Below are positions 60,564-62,621 of a DNA stretch of 62,621 nt, one piece after another. Numbering within the stretch: the first letter of the stretch is position 1; the number at the start of each line of letters is the position of its first letter. Made by a program: the position numbers and the translations under genes. The stretch comes from an uncultured Bacteroidales bacterium. GTDB taxonomy: Bacteria; Bacteroidota; Bacteroidia; Bacteroidales; JAFGXI01. Under the pieces are notes generated by a model that saw only the letters and a list, made by a program, of their open reading frames with translations, ran no database searches and was not told where the DNA came from. The stretch spans positions 1 to 62,621 of the forward strand of contig CAMZKE010000007.1 of NCBI GenBank assembly GCA_947311115.1, in the 5' to 3' direction.

Positions 60564-62420
60564 TCTTCAGTTACTGGAGGGATAAGTCCATATTTATATA
60601 GCTGGAGTAATGGAGAAAGTAACTCAAGTATAGATAGTTTAATTACGGGGATTTACACATTATTGGTTACTGATAGTAATCAATGTATTGCACAAGCAAA
60701 TATTGAAATATACGAACCTTCACAACTAGGATTAGCATTAACAACAACACAACTTTTATGTTATGGCGATAGTAATGGAATAGCTAACTGTATTGTTACA
60801 GGTGGTACGCCACAGTATTCTTATTCATGGAGTAATGGTGAAACTTCTCAAAATATTGAAAACCTCATAGGTGGTTTATATACGGTTACCGTAACCGATG
60901 CAAATTATTGCTCGGTTATCGGTACCGTTGAAATAACATCGGTTAATCAACCGTTAGAGTTAAATTATTCAACAATAAACAATCATTGTTTTGGCAATAA
61001 TACAGGATCAATTTATACTACAATATCAGGCGGAACACCTCCATATCAATATGATTGGGGGCATAATATTCATGATGTAAATTTAATAGAATTACATGCA
61101 GGAACTTATTCTTTAACAGTAAGCGATGCAAATAACTGTAAAATACAATCGGTTATTCCGATTACTGAACCTAGTAAATTAACCTGCTCATTACCAAACG
61201 ATACAAAAGTTTGTAAGAACTCTGATTTTAATATTCAATCATCAACACAAGGTGGTACAGCACCATATCAATTTTATTGGAATACAGGAAATATAACCGA
61301 TAATATTACTGTAAATATTAATGATAGCAGTTATTATAGTATTACTGTAACCGATGCAAATGCTTGTATTGCAACAGACCAAATAAATATTAAAACTTAT
61401 AATATGCCAAATTTAATAAGTACTGCAAATTTCGATACTGTTTGCCCTGGAAATCCTGTTTTAATAAGTTCACAAATAAATGGAGGAGCTAAACCGTATA
61501 CTTACACAATAAATGGTGATATTGCAAACATTTCTCAAACAGTATATCCAAATCAAGTAAATAATTATATTACACAAATAGTTGACGCATGTGGAAATAC
61601 AGCAAGCGCAAATATTAATATTTATACTTATAACATTCCACAAATTAGTATCAGTTCAGATGTATTGCAGGGTTGTCCTCCATTGGTTGTAAATTTTAAT
61701 GATGGAAGTGGTATAACAAATGCAAATTACAATTGGACTTTTGGTAATAATGATAACAATTATAATAACTCGAATAATCCAACTCATATTTTTGATGAAA
61801 GTGGAATATATAACGTATCGCTTGAAATAACCACAAAAGAAGGATGTAAAATTCAGCAAACTATAAATAATATGATTACTGTTTTTTCTAAGCCGGAAGC
61901 AATGTTTGAGGTAAATACTGAAGTAGTAAACTTTATTAAACCATCAGTAGATTTTATAAATTTATCATCAGAAAATTATTATAACTTTTGGTATTTTGGT
62001 GATGGTAATATGTCAAACGAAACTAACCCTTATCACAGTTTTTCGCAAATTGGAGAATACAATATTATGCTTATTGTTGAAAGTGAGAATGGCTGTGTAG
62101 ATAGTGTTAAACATCATATTAAGGTTAAAGATGAATTTACGCTTTATGTACCAACAGCATTTTCGCCAGATGGTGATGGTATTAACGATACTTTTAAAGC
62201 TGTAGGTAATGGTATAGATACCGATAATTTTCACATTGCAATTTACGACCGATGGGGCGAAATAATATGGGAAAGCAATGATATAGAAAGAGAATGGAAT
62301 GCTAGTGCAAAAAATAATAACCAAACAGTACAGAATGGTACTTATAAATGGTTAATTATCTGCAAAGATTTTAATGGTAATGAGCATACTAAATCTGGTA
62401 ATGTTACTATTATTAGGTAA
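60558..62420 (+). pseudogene. 5'-truncated SprB-repeat/PKD protein with T9SS type B CTD
   Basis: Begins mid-repeat (SVTGGISPYLYSWSNG); PKD domains (W.FG, NP.H.F); CTD YVPTAFSPDGDG.ND.F...YDRWG. The listed ORF's first ~19 codons are antisense of the AraC gene. Confidence 0.8.
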
Positions 62421-62508
62421 AATCAAGTTTTATATTTACAACAAATTTTTGGTTCTATATTGAATAGAAAGTGTAATTTAAATTAACAGATTATATTTTT
62501 ATACTGTA

Positions 62509-62621
62509 TTAACCCGGATTACAAGACTTTAGAAAAAGTAGCAAAAAATATCTAACTAAATTTTAATAAACACCATATTGGTGATATTCAGAATTTTACT
62601 AATTTAGTTAGATGGAATTAT
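62509..62621. repeat. Right copy of terminal inverted repeat
   Basis: Reverse complement of 15-127; begins TTAACCCGGATTAC and runs off the window end. Confidence 0.9.

Noticed and set aside
1-62621. Linear plasmid or phage with terminal inverted repeats
   Set aside because: Content is chromosomal core (mfd, prmC, lptB, rnhB, birA). No replication, terminal-protein or capsid genes were recognised.

Overview
AT-rich chromosomal segment (roughly 28-30% GC by eye) of a Bacteroidota bacterium, probably Bacteroidales. The assignment rests on TAnnTTTG promoters, few Shine-Dalgarno sites, and many type IX secretion (T9SS) cargo proteins. Most of the window is ordinary housekeeping and envelope content: lptB, rnhB, tonB, birA, galE, rfbB, queE, mscS, prmC, mfd, an efflux operon, a LysR-YeeE-YeiH sulfur-transport unit and a Pif1-like helicase. 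No rRNA, tRNA, CRISPR array or intact transposase was recognised. The less ordinary signals are: (1) both window ends carry the same ~113-bp hairpin-containing repeat in inverted orientation, and a possible shortened copy lies at 47.1 kb; (2) 52.9-56.4 kb is a cassette-like set of T9SS cargo genes that share promoter, leader and terminator modules but have unrelated passenger domains, with one orphan promoter module and a cat-like gene between units; (3) several deletion or frameshift scars occur (wecB stub, split T9SS gene, head-to-head fusion of a TPR-AraC regulator and a SprB-repeat protein); (4) a NUMOD4/degenerate-HNH/HTH gene is split at a slippery A8 tract; (5) candidate ECF-sigma, LysR and AraC sites recur. 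All alignments were done by hand and all product calls come from motif recognition, not database searches. No clearly novel multi-gene system is proven. The T9SS cassette island is the best candidate.
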